This document shows positions 32,958 to 42,738 of a stretch of DNA of 43,854 nt, piece after piece. The translations under genes and the position numbers were made by a program. Under the pieces are notes generated by a model. It made no database searches, had not been told where the DNA came from, and saw only the letters and a program-made list of their open reading frames with translations. Position 1 is the first letter of the stretch. Each line of letters begins with the position of its first letter. Source of the DNA: a virus; IMG/VR virus record IMGVR_UViG_3300012922_000003, positions 1 through 43,854 of that record, one strand, 5' to 3'.

Positions 32958-33344
32958 TCACGGTCCACTCACCTTGAAGGTCGCCACGCAGCCATCGAAC
33001 GAGCCTGCGATCAGCAGGATTCTCACGCGCGCGGAGGTTGCCGTCCACTTCTCCTTGCCGACCGGCCGCGCCGTCGAGAGATAAGTCTCAGGCGTGGTCG
33101 GGTTGTCCCACTCCTTCAACTCGCACAGCACCGGGACCGTCCCGAGATCATGCCCCACATCGAACTCGCGCGCGGTCCCTGGGGCGCCTCCGCCGATCAG
33201 ATTGACCTTCGCCCACACCGCGTTCTGCTTGCCGACGCGCACCGCCCCAGCGCCGTCGGGGTCGCCGACGCCGAGCGACTTGCTGGTGAGCTCGGGACCG
33301 TACAGCGTCCGCACGCCGAGGCCGCGCCGATTCGGCTGGCTCAT
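32958..33344 (-). CDS. Tail-associated hypothetical protein
   Basis: 128-aa ORF, coupled (ATGA) to the upstream fibre gene. Confidence 0.45.
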   Translation of the reverse strand: MSQPNRRGLGVRTLYGPELTSKSLGVGDPDGAGAVRVGKQNAVWAKVNLIGGGAPGTAREFDVGHDLGTVPVLCELKEWDNPTTPETYLSTARPVGKEKWTATSARVRILLIAGSFDGCVATFKVSGP

Positions 33345-33955
33345 GCGATGCTCAACCAGTAGACGCGAATCGTGAGGCCGGAGTAGTCGTGGAGCCCCTC
33401 GTTCCAGTACTGGAAGTAGTACTGCCCTGTGTCAGTGCGCAGATAGAACCTGACGGTCAGCGCGCCGTCGAAGTTGTTGGTGGCTCCCGAGCGCCGATAC
33501 TCGATGAACAACGGAATGCCCGTCGTGGCCGTCAGGCCGGTGATGCCCTGGTTGAAACTGAGGGCGGGCGACACGCTGCCGAGCGGGTAGTCGAAGATGT
33601 TGAGCTTGAGTTTGCCAGAGACGATCGCTGCCGCTGCGAGTTTGGCCGGCGTGACGCAGCCATCGCGCAGGTGGTTCGTGGTGACGGAGCGGTTCCCATC
33701 CACGGCCGCGTCATCGCGCAGCACGCGCGCGTCCACGGTGTCGTCGTCGAAGCGGTCGTTGGGGATGCGCAGGCCGGGGATGCTGGAGAGCTTCGTGCCG
33801 ACGATGCCAGCGTTGGTGCGGATGTCCTCGTTGCCGATACCGCCCGAGCCCTCGGTGAACTTGCCGGCGCACGCTTGGAAGTTGGCATTGACCTGCGACG
33901 CCTTGGCCTTGTTCCCGGGGCCGCCAATGAAGGTGTAGGGGATCGACAGGCTCAT
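33341..33955 (-). CDS. Tail fibre protein
   Basis: The MSLSIPYTFIGGPGNKAKASQVNANFQ opening is the common fibre N-terminal motif (Y.F..G..A.A..VNANF). Confidence 0.5.
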   Translation of the reverse strand: MSLSIPYTFIGGPGNKAKASQVNANFQACAGKFTEGSGGIGNEDIRTNAGIVGTKLSSIPGLRIPNDRFDDDTVDARVLRDDAAVDGNRSVTTNHLRDGCVTPAKLAAAAIVSGKLKLNIFDYPLGSVSPALSFNQGITGLTATTGIPLFIEYRRSGATNNFDGALTVRFYLRTDTGQYYFQYWNEGLHDYSGLTIRVYWLSIA

Positions 33956-36069
33956 CGGTCGTACTCCCGGTCTGGCAGCAGCAGACAGTCGAGGTCGAAA
34001 GCGGTGAGCGTGAGATCGGCCGCCACCTGAGCAGCAAGGTTGAGGCGGAAGCGGCGACCCAGCGTGCCGAACGGAACGCCCGCCACCACCGTCACCGGTC
34101 CGTCAGCCGCCCAGTCGCCCACATCCCACTCCAGGTCGTTCGGGTTCGAGCCGACGTCCGCCGCCCAGTCGTTGCCGCTGCCAGCGAGCAGCAGTTGGAG
34201 CGTCACCGCGGCGTCCGCCGGGTCCGGCGTCAGGACTGCGGAGGCTCCGATCACATCGCCCTCGGCATAGACCGCGAGCCGATCAGCCGCCTTCCATGCG
34301 TCCGGCGAGCCGCCATCAAGGAACGGCGTCTCCAGCAGGAAGGAGACGGGATTGCCGCCTGCGCCGCTGGCGGTTTTCTCGTCCTTGAACGAGTCGAAGC
34401 CCGCCCAGCAGTGGTACTCGGAGATCGTGACGACTGGCGAGCCGTTGATCGTGTTGCAGTGCGCGGTGGCGGCGCCAGCGATGGTGAGCGTCACATTCTT
34501 AGCGGTGGCGGTCGCCGGGTTGCTCATTGAGAGGCTGGTGTCGCCGGCTGCGACGACGAACTGGATGATGGTGGCGCCAGGAACACCCGCCCCCGTGATG
34601 CTGGCGCCGCCAGCGATGGCCCCGAACGACGCGCGGTTCAGTGGATCGCAGAACACCATGCTGGCGTTGTTGAAGAGCCCACCGCGCAACTCGATCACGT
34701 CGCGCGCTCGCCAGCCGGTGAAGTGCCACATCTGCCGGAAGCGCGCATCGTAGACCAGCATCTCCTTCGCGTAGGAGTCGCTGCCGATCGGATACCAGCC
34801 GAGCCAGTAGTCGCCCGCGTGATTGACCATCGTGAGCTGGTCGAGCTGTGCGGTGTTGAGCGTGTCGATGTAGTGGCCGATCTGCTCCCAAGCGAACGGC
34901 GAGACGGTGCGACCGTCGAACTTGAAGAGCCCGCCGTCACCCCAGAAGTAGGCGCTGCCACCGATGACCGTCGCCGCGCGCGGACCAGCGCAGCCAGCCT
35001 CGGAGCCACGCGAGGGGTCGGCATAGACCACGCTCGTCAGCGTGTAGCTGTCGGGGTCCACGCCCGAGAGCACATGCACGCTGCGCTTCTTCAGGATCAG
35101 CAGTTGCTCACCGACGACGAGGCACACCTGGATCGTGTCGCCGTCGTCCTTGGCGATCTGAAAGAGGTTGTCGGCGTCGTAGTTGGCGATCCCGGTGGCT
35201 TCGAGGTCGCCGATGGCGTTGCTGGCGTAGAGCCCGGAGCCGGACCAGCCGAACAGCCGCCCGGTGAACGCGCACACGCCATCGAAGTGCGGGGGCTCGC
35301 CGTGCACGCCCTCATCGGCACGGTAGCCGAGCGAAGCGTCGGCCCTGGCGTCGGCGTAGGTGTTGCCGGTGCCGTCGGCGACCCACCAGAATGGCCCGGT
35401 CGCATCGCCGTTCACCTTGCTGCGCTCGAGCGTCCAGCCGAGGTAGTCGGCGCGCGGCACTCCGGGATCGAGCCCGGTCAGGTTGACGGTCTGGTTCGGC
35501 GCCGCGACGGTGCGCTTGGCCGAGACTGGCGAGGTGAGGCTCGAGCCTTTGGCGTAGCGCCAGCGCACGCGGTAGTAGTGGTCGCCCACGTCCACCGCGC
35601 CGCCCACGCTGTCGGCGTTGAAGGTCGGCGCGCTGCCGGGCTTTGGCAGCAGGAGTTCTTTCCAGCCCCCATCGTAGAACAGCGGGACCTTGGCTCCGCC
35701 GCGCTGGGCCACGATCAGCACGCCGTCGAGGTTCGTGTGCGTCCAGATGTCGGAGCCCGCCGGGTGCCCGCTGGGGAGCGTCTGCACCGGATAGGCGGCG
35801 GCCTGCGCCTCGAAGATCAGCGCCGCGGCGCCCACGAACAGCTTGTTGCCGCCGGCCGCGTAGTAGCCCATCAGGCTGTGCGGCTGGTCGGAGAGGATGT
35901 CCGTCGAGATGTCGCGCGTCCCCGGCCGAATGCGGCACGCGCGGTGCGGGCGCCCCAGCAAGTTGTCGGCGCGGTGCAGCCACGTCGGCCTGAGCTTCCG
36001 CTCCGAGACGCCACCGACGATCGCGCCCGAGAAGTCGGACATGCCGAGGTTGAGCGCCGCCGGGCTCAT
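33952..36069 (-). CDS. Large tail structural protein (tubular-B/nozzle-like by size and position)
   Basis: 705-aa beta-rich ORF directly after a ~220-aa gene, matching the podoviral adaptor/nozzle order. Confidence 0.45.
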   Translation of the reverse strand: MSPAALNLGMSDFSGAIVGGVSERKLRPTWLHRADNLLGRPHRACRIRPGTRDISTDILSDQPHSLMGYYAAGGNKLFVGAAALIFEAQAAAYPVQTLPSGHPAGSDIWTHTNLDGVLIVAQRGGAKVPLFYDGGWKELLLPKPGSAPTFNADSVGGAVDVGDHYYRVRWRYAKGSSLTSPVSAKRTVAAPNQTVNLTGLDPGVPRADYLGWTLERSKVNGDATGPFWWVADGTGNTYADARADASLGYRADEGVHGEPPHFDGVCAFTGRLFGWSGSGLYASNAIGDLEATGIANYDADNLFQIAKDDGDTIQVCLVVGEQLLILKKRSVHVLSGVDPDSYTLTSVVYADPSRGSEAGCAGPRAATVIGGSAYFWGDGGLFKFDGRTVSPFAWEQIGHYIDTLNTAQLDQLTMVNHAGDYWLGWYPIGSDSYAKEMLVYDARFRQMWHFTGWRARDVIELRGGLFNNASMVFCDPLNRASFGAIAGGASITGAGVPGATIIQFVVAAGDTSLSMSNPATATAKNVTLTIAGAATAHCNTINGSPVVTISEYHCWAGFDSFKDEKTASGAGGNPVSFLLETPFLDGGSPDAWKAADRLAVYAEGDVIGASAVLTPDPADAAVTLQLLLAGSGNDWAADVGSNPNDLEWDVGDWAADGPVTVVAGVPFGTLGRRFRLNLAAQVAADLTLTAFDLDCLLLPDREYDR

Positions 36070-36734
36070 CGCATCCCCGCCATCGGCGCTCGCGTCGGAC
36101 GAATCGCCGGGCGCCGATCGTCCACGCGGTCCTCCATCTTGTCCTGCAAACCCTCGGCCACGTCAACGATCCACTGCTTGAGCTCGGCGTCGGCCTCCCC
36201 GATGCGGTCGCGGGCGTACTTGGCAGCGATCACCAGCCGACGGATCACGTAGTCCTGGCAGAACTCCGGCAGCGGGAAGATCGCCGAGGGCAGATCGAAG
36301 ATGCGGTCAGGGATGCCGAAGTAGGTCAGGCGCCCGCCCTGGACCACGGTGGTCGTCGGCTTGCCGACGAGGTGGAACCAGTTGCGGCGCGGGAAATATT
36401 CGAGCGGCGGGTCCATCGGCGGATAGAGTCGGTCGGTGCGCGCCGTGAACTCGTCCTCACGCAACTCGTCGAGCTTGAAGAAGGTATTGGCATCTCCGGC
36501 GATGGCCTGCGCTTCGAACTTGGTGATGGCGGTCGCACGCCACGGATAGCCGTAACGGTCGGTCGGGAGGGTGTCGAAAAGTCCCTGGAACTCCAGCACG
36601 TTCGCCTTCTCGCACAACTCTCGCACCGCTTGGTTGTAGAACAGCACCCATTCCACGTCCCGCACGCGCGTGCGGTTCACGTCGCCGATCTTGAGTGCGG
36701 CGTCGGAGATCAGGTAATCGACAGAGAGGCTCAC
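36066..36734 (-). CDS. Tail tubular-A/adaptor-like protein
   Basis: 222 aa from the GTG at 36734 (GTGA overlap). The call rests on position. Confidence 0.35.
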   Translation of the reverse strand: MSLSVDYLISDAALKIGDVNRTRVRDVEWVLFYNQAVRELCEKANVLEFQGLFDTLPTDRYGYPWRATAITKFEAQAIAGDANTFFKLDELREDEFTARTDRLYPPMDPPLEYFPRRNWFHLVGKPTTTVVQGGRLTYFGIPDRIFDLPSAIFPLPEFCQDYVIRRLVIAAKYARDRIGEADAELKQWIVDVAEGLQDKMEDRVDDRRPAIRPTRAPMAGMR

Positions 36735-37504
36735 GCCTGAGTCTCCGCGTAGACCGTGGCTGGCGCGCCTGACTCGGTGTAGGCGGTCGCGATCTGCCAA
36801 GCGTAGGCGCCGTCGAGCTGGGAGAGGTCGACCGGGCCCCACGGGTGGGTCGTGATCGGATCGCGCAACTGAGCGGTCAGCGTGAAGTCCTGCTGAGCGA
36901 GGCCGGTCCTCGTGCTGCGGACTACCGCACCCAAGCCTTCGGAGGTCGCCCAGGTCACGGCGTTCGGGCCGGGCGTGAACCCGAGCGTGGCGAGCCGGAT
37001 CGTCACTCCCGCGCGCGAGAGTCCGTCGAGACCGTTGAAGAGCGTGACCTCGCCAACGAAGCCAGCCGCCGGGAGGAGGAATCCACCCGCGCCGCCGTCA
37101 TTGGGGCTGAGCTGGGCATCGGAGTCGAGGTTGAACCTCCAGTCTCCGGCGCCAGCGTCGTAGCTCACGATGAGGCGGTGCCACGCGCCGTCAGCCTGCA
37201 CGCGGCCGGGGGCCGTCTGCACGCCAACGCCCAGCGGATGTGCCGCCTGCACGCGCCCGCTCGGGCTAATGCCCACGTCCAACAACCGACGCGCACCAGC
37301 GCTGGCGTACTCATGGAAGCTGGCGATGGCGTGGCACTCGTCGGCGCTCGCCAACTGGATCGGCACCGAGTCGAGCCGGAACTCCACCACCCACTCCAGC
37401 GCTCCGAAGGCCGGCAGGCTCGGCGCGTTCATGTACGCGAGCGTCTGCTGCACCATCGCGAAGTAGGGGCGACCGGTCGAGCGCAGCGCGTAGCCGTTAC
37501 TCAT
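36731..37504 (-). CDS. LamG/concanavalin-like jelly-roll protein (tentative)
   Basis: 257 aa from the ATG at 37504 (ATGA overlap). DGAWHRLIVSYDAGAGDWRFNLDSD resembles the LamG core motif. Confidence 0.4.
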   Translation of the reverse strand: MSNGYALRSTGRPYFAMVQQTLAYMNAPSLPAFGALEWVVEFRLDSVPIQLASADECHAIASFHEYASAGARRLLDVGISPSGRVQAAHPLGVGVQTAPGRVQADGAWHRLIVSYDAGAGDWRFNLDSDAQLSPNDGGAGGFLLPAAGFVGEVTLFNGLDGLSRAGVTIRLATLGFTPGPNAVTWATSEGLGAVVRSTRTGLAQQDFTLTAQLRDPITTHPWGPVDLSQLDGAYAWQIATAYTESGAPATVYAETQA

Positions 37505-39480
37505 GGCGTGTCGACGTAGACGAACTCGATCGGCTCGCGGCCACGGATGGCGAACGAGTTGATGTAGTTGATCTTCGCGACGAGGCACTTGAGCTGCCAC
37601 CAGCCCGGGCGGTACTTGATGCCGCTACCGTCGTCGCCGAACTGCCCCATCGGGATCGTGAACACCTCCAGCGGGTAGCGGAAGTTGTGGATGTAGTACG
37701 GCAGGTCGCGCCAGTACCACAGGCCCGTAAGGCGTCCCCAGATGAACTCGTTCTCGAAGTCGTGCGTGGTCTGAAGCGCGGTCGTGACGCCGCCTACCAC
37801 GCGCCCGCGACTGCGCAGGAAGTTCACGGTGCCGAGCCGCGTTGAGCGCGCCGATGAACTCCACGCCGTGAGTGCCTCGGTGCCGGGACCGTAGGCCCAC
37901 GGGTTGCCGCCGACGACGTGGCCGACTCCGGTGCCGGGGGCGGAATAGGCGGTCCCGTCCAGTGCACGCGTGGCTCCCGGAGAACTGTTCTGCTGCTCGC
38001 CGGAGAACACGACATGCGTGACGCCTGCTGCGGCGAGTGCCGTCGCAAGCGAGTCGGGGTCCGGCATCACGCCGCGCGAGTAGTTCGACGGGATGTAGTC
38101 CTCGCCGGCCGTGATGAGCGCAGTGCCGACCTTGGGCGCGAACGGCGAGAGTCGGGCGCCCGCCATGATCGCTCTGATCCCGCAGAAGTAACTCGTGTCC
38201 GAGGCTCCGCAGGTATACGGAGGCCACGAGGCGAACATCGTCCGGCTGCGGAGCAGCCCCACCGCGTCCACTGGCGTCGCGAAGGACGAGTTTCCGGCCG
38301 GAGCACCCGAGACCGTCCCCACGGTGTTCTCGGGGAAGAAGCGCGCCGCCGTGACGCGCTTGAGCCACGCCACTTCGTCGGGGTACGTCGCCGTCGAGTC
38401 GGGGTTGAAGCCGATACTGAGCGGGACGGGCCGACCAAGGTGATCGACGAGACTGTTGAGCGAGTCGGCCATGTCCGTGCTCGGCAGGCCAAGCGCGTAA
38501 CTGCCGTTCGCATCCGGGAACGCCGCCCCAGCTCCGCCACCGGTCGAGCCGCTGCGGCCGCACGCCCGCGTGATGAGCAGGCGAACGCGCAGTTTCTTCC
38601 AGCCCGGCTTCTGCCCGATCAGGACGCCGCCGGAGAGCGAGTCGAGGTGCACGAGCATCGCGGCGCTGAGTGCTGCGTCCCAACTCACGCCAATCGTGCC
38701 GGTGTTCGCGAGCGGCCACGCGCACACGATCGGGTTGTTCACCGACCCCGACGGATCTCCGTAAATCTCGAACGCCGACGCCGAATCCGGTGACGCCGTG
38801 CTGACGCCGAAGCAGTTGGTGCAGTTCTTGGGGCCGGTGACGCCCGTGTCCACGCCAGTACGCTTGCCCTGAAGCACGCGGTAGGTCTTGTTCGTGGGCG
38901 GCGTCGGCGACATTCCGAAGGTGGCCTGGTTGTCCCAGGTGTCGTAGACGATCGAGGTGCCGGGCTTGTAGGCCATGCGCAGGTGCGCGGTGTCGGTGAG
39001 TTCGTTGTTCATGGTGCCAGTCGAGCAAGCCGCGCAGCCGCTCCAAACGGTGAAGCCAACCGCCGTGACCGGGCCAGTTACGAGCGTGGGCTTCTTCGGC
39101 CAGTAATACTGGTGGAACAGCGAGTCTCCGGTGAACCAGCCGGTGATGTTCGTCACCATCGAGCCACCAAACGACCAGCCCATGACCCACACCGCATCGA
39201 AGTTGCGCTTCTCGCCGGGCGTATCGAACGTGGCGTTCCGGGCGCACCACGTCATGTTCTCGAGCACACCGTTATCGTTGGCGACCGACCGGGCCTCCAG
39301 AGTCGTCATGTTGATTCCGAGTTGGTCGGCCAACGCCACATCCATGTCGATCTTGCGGAGGGTTTTCTGCTCCTGACCGACCTGGCTACCCGTCGGGCGG
39401 ATCGCCAGCAAACTGCCAGCAAAGGCAGGCCATGCCAAGACCGCCCCGAAGATCCACGCCCACCACAGACGCGGCTTCAT
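37501..39480 (-). CDS. Exported 659-aa protein of unknown function (Sec signal peptide)
   Basis: N-terminus MKPRLWWAWIFGAVLAWPAFA/GS. Coupled to both neighbours by ATGA overlaps. Rich in Cys, Trp and Asn. Confidence 0.6.
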   Translation of the reverse strand: MKPRLWWAWIFGAVLAWPAFAGSLLAIRPTGSQVGQEQKTLRKIDMDVALADQLGINMTTLEARSVANDNGVLENMTWCARNATFDTPGEKRNFDAVWVMGWSFGGSMVTNITGWFTGDSLFHQYYWPKKPTLVTGPVTAVGFTVWSGCAACSTGTMNNELTDTAHLRMAYKPGTSIVYDTWDNQATFGMSPTPPTNKTYRVLQGKRTGVDTGVTGPKNCTNCFGVSTASPDSASAFEIYGDPSGSVNNPIVCAWPLANTGTIGVSWDAALSAAMLVHLDSLSGGVLIGQKPGWKKLRVRLLITRACGRSGSTGGGAGAAFPDANGSYALGLPSTDMADSLNSLVDHLGRPVPLSIGFNPDSTATYPDEVAWLKRVTAARFFPENTVGTVSGAPAGNSSFATPVDAVGLLRSRTMFASWPPYTCGASDTSYFCGIRAIMAGARLSPFAPKVGTALITAGEDYIPSNYSRGVMPDPDSLATALAAAGVTHVVFSGEQQNSSPGATRALDGTAYSAPGTGVGHVVGGNPWAYGPGTEALTAWSSSARSTRLGTVNFLRSRGRVVGGVTTALQTTHDFENEFIWGRLTGLWYWRDLPYYIHNFRYPLEVFTIPMGQFGDDGSGIKYRPGWWQLKCLVAKINYINSFAIRGREPIEFVYVDTP

Positions 39481-40268
39481 CGGCCACCGAAGAAGTCGAG
39501 GCTCACCGCATACGGCTTCTCCTGCGTACCGACCGCAGGCGCGAACGAGAAGTCGAGGTAGGTGTCGACGTGGCGGACGCCGACCGCGAAGTAGGGCGCA
39601 CCGAAGGTCTGGAACACCTTCCAGATCGTGTGCGAGAACACGTGCGTCGCCAGCCCGAAGCCGGGCACGCTCTGTCCGCAGTTGTCACCGACCCGGGTGT
39701 TCTGCCAGGCAATCGGGATCTCGTCGCGGCACACGACCGAATCATTGCAGGCGGGTTGGCCGAGCGTCCCCACCGTGTCGGAAACTCCCGGGGCTGCTGC
39801 CGTGGTCGTGCCGGAGCGCGGGCCCACCGCCCACAGGCCGCGCGCCGAAGTGTCGCTCCCTGCGTAACTGTTGCCCCACACCTTCATCGCGAACAGCGCC
39901 GACGCCACCGAGTCGCACGTCGCCGCCGTGCCCCTCACCGGGTCGATGTTGATGGTGATGCGCACCGCGATCCAGGTGAGCCCCTGGACCGGATACGCCG
40001 CCGTCGAGTCCATCCAGATTTCCGGCGTCGCGCCGTTGCCGGGGACGTGCCACAGGCGGGTGTTGAGCGCGGGGGACTGAGCGAGTTTGTAGAGGTGCGA
40101 GGGGTTCTGCTCCTGGGTTTTCTGGAAGCCCTCGGGCGTTACCGCGACCGGAGTCCACACCGGACTCACGAGTGTGCCAGAGTTGCCCTGCATGTTGACG
40201 GGCGTTGCAGCAAAAGCGGGCGCCGCCAGCAGCAGCGCCAGAATGATGGTGCCGTACCAGCGGCGCAT
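39477..40268 (-). CDS. Exported 263-aa protein of unknown function (Sec signal peptide)
   Basis: N-terminus MRRWYGTIILALLLAAPAFA/ATP. Beta-rich composition. Confidence 0.6.
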   Translation of the reverse strand: MRRWYGTIILALLLAAPAFAATPVNMQGNSGTLVSPVWTPVAVTPEGFQKTQEQNPSHLYKLAQSPALNTRLWHVPGNGATPEIWMDSTAAYPVQGLTWIAVRITINIDPVRGTAATCDSVASALFAMKVWGNSYAGSDTSARGLWAVGPRSGTTTAAAPGVSDTVGTLGQPACNDSVVCRDEIPIAWQNTRVGDNCGQSVPGFGLATHVFSHTIWKVFQTFGAPYFAVGVRHVDTYLDFSFAPAVGTQEKPYAVSLDFFGGR

Positions 40269-40292
40269 CGCCTTGTCTCCTTCGTCAGACTC

Positions 40293-40832
40293 CTAGTTCG
40301 GATTCACGATCAGACCCGCGTGGGCCGTGCTGCCGGTCCCCGGAGCCGCGACCGTGTTGGTCTTGAGGCACACCCCGAGCACCAGGCCCGTGGTCGTGTT
40401 GCTGGTGATCGAATCGACCGCTCCGGCCGTCGCGGACCCGCCGAGCTTGTTGCCGACGGTGATGGCTCCCGCCACGGTCTTGACGGTCGTGAGACTCCCG
40501 GCTCCAGCCACGAGCCCGACCTTGTTGATGCCGATCGGCTCCAGCGCGACGCCGAGCCACATGACGTTCGTGGTCGCCGACACGCGCAGCCCGGCCAGTG
40601 CGAGCGACTGCGGAAGGTCCGAGGCAGGAGTCGCCCCGGCCGCCGTGGTCTCGAGTCGCGGGAGAACTCCGTTCGTCGAGTCCCAGCGGACGGCTTCCGC
40701 CAGCGTCATTGCCGCAGAGTCGGTGTTCTTGACGTGGTACATCACGCCGACGACCGCCGTCCCGGTCCAGAGGATCGTGCCGTCGGAGCCCCGCACCTGC
40801 ACCTGAGATTCCAATCCAACTGCGATGGGCAA
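40293..40832 (-). CDS. Head decoration/cement-like protein (tentative)
   Basis: 179-aa Gly/Ala/Thr/Val-rich ORF immediately after the capsid gene. TTG start with AAGGGGGGTGA upstream. Confidence 0.35.
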   Translation of the reverse strand: MPIAVGLESQVQVRGSDGTILWTGTAVVGVMYHVKNTDSAAMTLAEAVRWDSTNGVLPRLETTAAGATPASDLPQSLALAGLRVSATTNVMWLGVALEPIGINKVGLVAGAGSLTTVKTVAGAITVGNKLGGSATAGAVDSITSNTTTGLVLGVCLKTNTVAAPGTGSTAHAGLIVNPN

Positions 40833-40846
40833 CTACGTCACCCCCC

Positions 40847-41902
40847 TTACGACACGCCCGACGTGTCCACCTGATCCTGGACACCGTTGGCGCGCGGCTC
40901 GGAAACGATGAACTCACCGCGCCACAGGATGTAGGCGGTGCGAACCATCTGGTTGTGCGGCTTGCGGAACGGCTCGAAGGCGAAGTCGGCCCGGCTGTCC
41001 ACCCACAGCCGAACGCTCGGCTCGTGGAGGTAGTAGACCGTCTCGACCTTGCCCGACGTCCGCGGTGCCTTCTCGTCCTGCACCCACACGGCGGTGCGGA
41101 ACATGAAGTTCTCGAACCCCGACTTGTAGAGGTCGGCGTTCTGCTGCGGCTTCACGTAGCGCTCGTTCTTCACGAGGCTGTAGTGCACGTCCGACCACGA
41201 GCCGACGTTGCTCGCGATCATCGTGGGCGCCTTGCCGCTGGCGAGTTTGATCTTCGCGAACATCCGCGAGATCGGCATGAAGTTGTCGCCGCAGTAGGTG
41301 CCACCAGCACCCGTGGTGTAGGCCGTGTTGTCGCCCTGGTGAATCCACCAGTTGTTGGTCTGCGTGCCGCCGCCCGAGCCGTCGTAGCGTCCCTGGCGGC
41401 TGATACCGCCGTAGACATTCGCGGGCAGGACGCCGGGCGCAGCTCCGGTGAACGGCTTGAGCGCGTAGGCAAGGCCGGTCAGCGCCTTCACCTCCGTGCC
41501 GTCGTTGAACATGTTGGTGCCCATGCCGTCGAAGAAGGTGTTGCGCGCCCACTCGCCCTTCGACTCCATAAGGTCCATCACCTGCTCCGGGCCGGAGACC
41601 GTCATCTCCTCGTCCCAGTCGATCGTCAGGTCGACGTTGGCGTTCTTGGGCACGAACTCCGCCGCCTGGAACGGGTCGCGGATCGTCGGCGCGAACACAT
41701 CCGCACCCGCGAACCACTTGAGCCCGCCCTGCGTGCGCCATCCCAGCGGAACCACGATGCGGCGTCCTCCTGTGAAATTCTTCGAGCGCCCCTTCATGCG
41801 CATGAACAGGGCGTTCGACAGGAAGATCTGATCGTGGATCATCGGGATGATGTAGTCCTGGACCATGACGTTGGCCTGGTTCCAGGGGAAGCTGCTCGTC
41901 AT
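40847..41902 (-). CDS. Major capsid protein
   Basis: 351-aa ORF directly downstream of an acidic scaffold-like gene. Size and composition are typical of podoviral capsid proteins. Confidence 0.7.
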   Translation of the reverse strand: MTSSFPWNQANVMVQDYIIPMIHDQIFLSNALFMRMKGRSKNFTGGRRIVVPLGWRTQGGLKWFAGADVFAPTIRDPFQAAEFVPKNANVDLTIDWDEEMTVSGPEQVMDLMESKGEWARNTFFDGMGTNMFNDGTEVKALTGLAYALKPFTGAAPGVLPANVYGGISRQGRYDGSGGGTQTNNWWIHQGDNTAYTTGAGGTYCGDNFMPISRMFAKIKLASGKAPTMIASNVGSWSDVHYSLVKNERYVKPQQNADLYKSGFENFMFRTAVWVQDEKAPRTSGKVETVYYLHEPSVRLWVDSRADFAFEPFRKPHNQMVRTAYILWRGEFIVSEPRANGVQDQVDTSGVS

Positions 41903-41916
41903 CCGAGATCACTCCT

Positions 41917-42738
41917 TTACGGTCGACGCTTCACGCCCAGCAGGCGTTCGCCTGCGGCCTTGATCGCCGACTCCATTGTGGTGTTGGGACCGGGCTTCCA
42001 CGGCTCCGCGGGGGCAGCCCCGCTGCTGCCGGTGTCCACGATCGTGGCGACGGGCTGGGTCTTGCCGCCGGAAGCCGCACCGGGCTTCGCAGCGGTGGCC
42101 CCGTTCGTCCCGACTCTCACGGCGTCAGGGAACACCACGCGGGTGGCCTGAGCGAGCGAGAGTTGCCTGCCGAGATCGGGATGCTGGAGGAGGTAGTCCT
42201 CCACTTGGTCCACGTGCTCTCTCGTCATCGGCTTGCCGCCGACGCGGTAGTCGTTCATGAGGGCCACCTCTTCGGCGGCCAACTTGGTGTCCTCGCGCTC
42301 CACGCGATCAGCGTGGGTGGCGCTGCGCTGCGCGGCGAGATCCTGCTCCGCCTGCTGGAGCCGCTTCGCGAGGCCCTGCACCACGGGGTCGTCGTGCGCG
42401 AGCGCGGCCTTGAGGAGTTCATCCTCTTCGGCCTTGGTCTCGGGCTCGGGTTCCGCCATGCGGCGCGAGATGGTCTCGGTGAGCTCGCTGATCTGCTCGC
42501 TGATCTGGTCGAGGCTGAGTTCGTCCTCGGCGGGCTCGGCTGCCGGCTCGGCCTCGGGGGCGTCGGGGGCCGGCTCTGGCTTCGCCTCGGGCTCCGGCTT
42601 CGCAGCGTCGGCGGCCGGGATGCCCTCGGCCTCGCGCTCCTCGGCGCTCAGGCTGGCGTAGAAGTCGGTGGTGTTCGCATCCGCCCTCGCGGCGGCGTCA
42701 CGCGGCATGGTGAAGTTCGGAAGGTTCGGCATGGTCAC
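41917..42738 (-). CDS. Scaffolding protein
   Basis: 273 aa, very acidic and Ala/Glu/Pro-rich with helical segments, immediately upstream of the capsid gene. Confidence 0.6.
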   Translation of the reverse strand: MTMPNLPNFTMPRDAAARADANTTDFYASLSAEEREAEGIPAADAAKPEPEAKPEPAPDAPEAEPAAEPAEDELSLDQISEQISELTETISRRMAEPEPETKAEEDELLKAALAHDDPVVQGLAKRLQQAEQDLAAQRSATHADRVEREDTKLAAEEVALMNDYRVGGKPMTREHVDQVEDYLLQHPDLGRQLSLAQATRVVFPDAVRVGTNGATAAKPGAASGGKTQPVATIVDTGSSGAAPAEPWKPGPNTTMESAIKAAGERLLGVKRRP

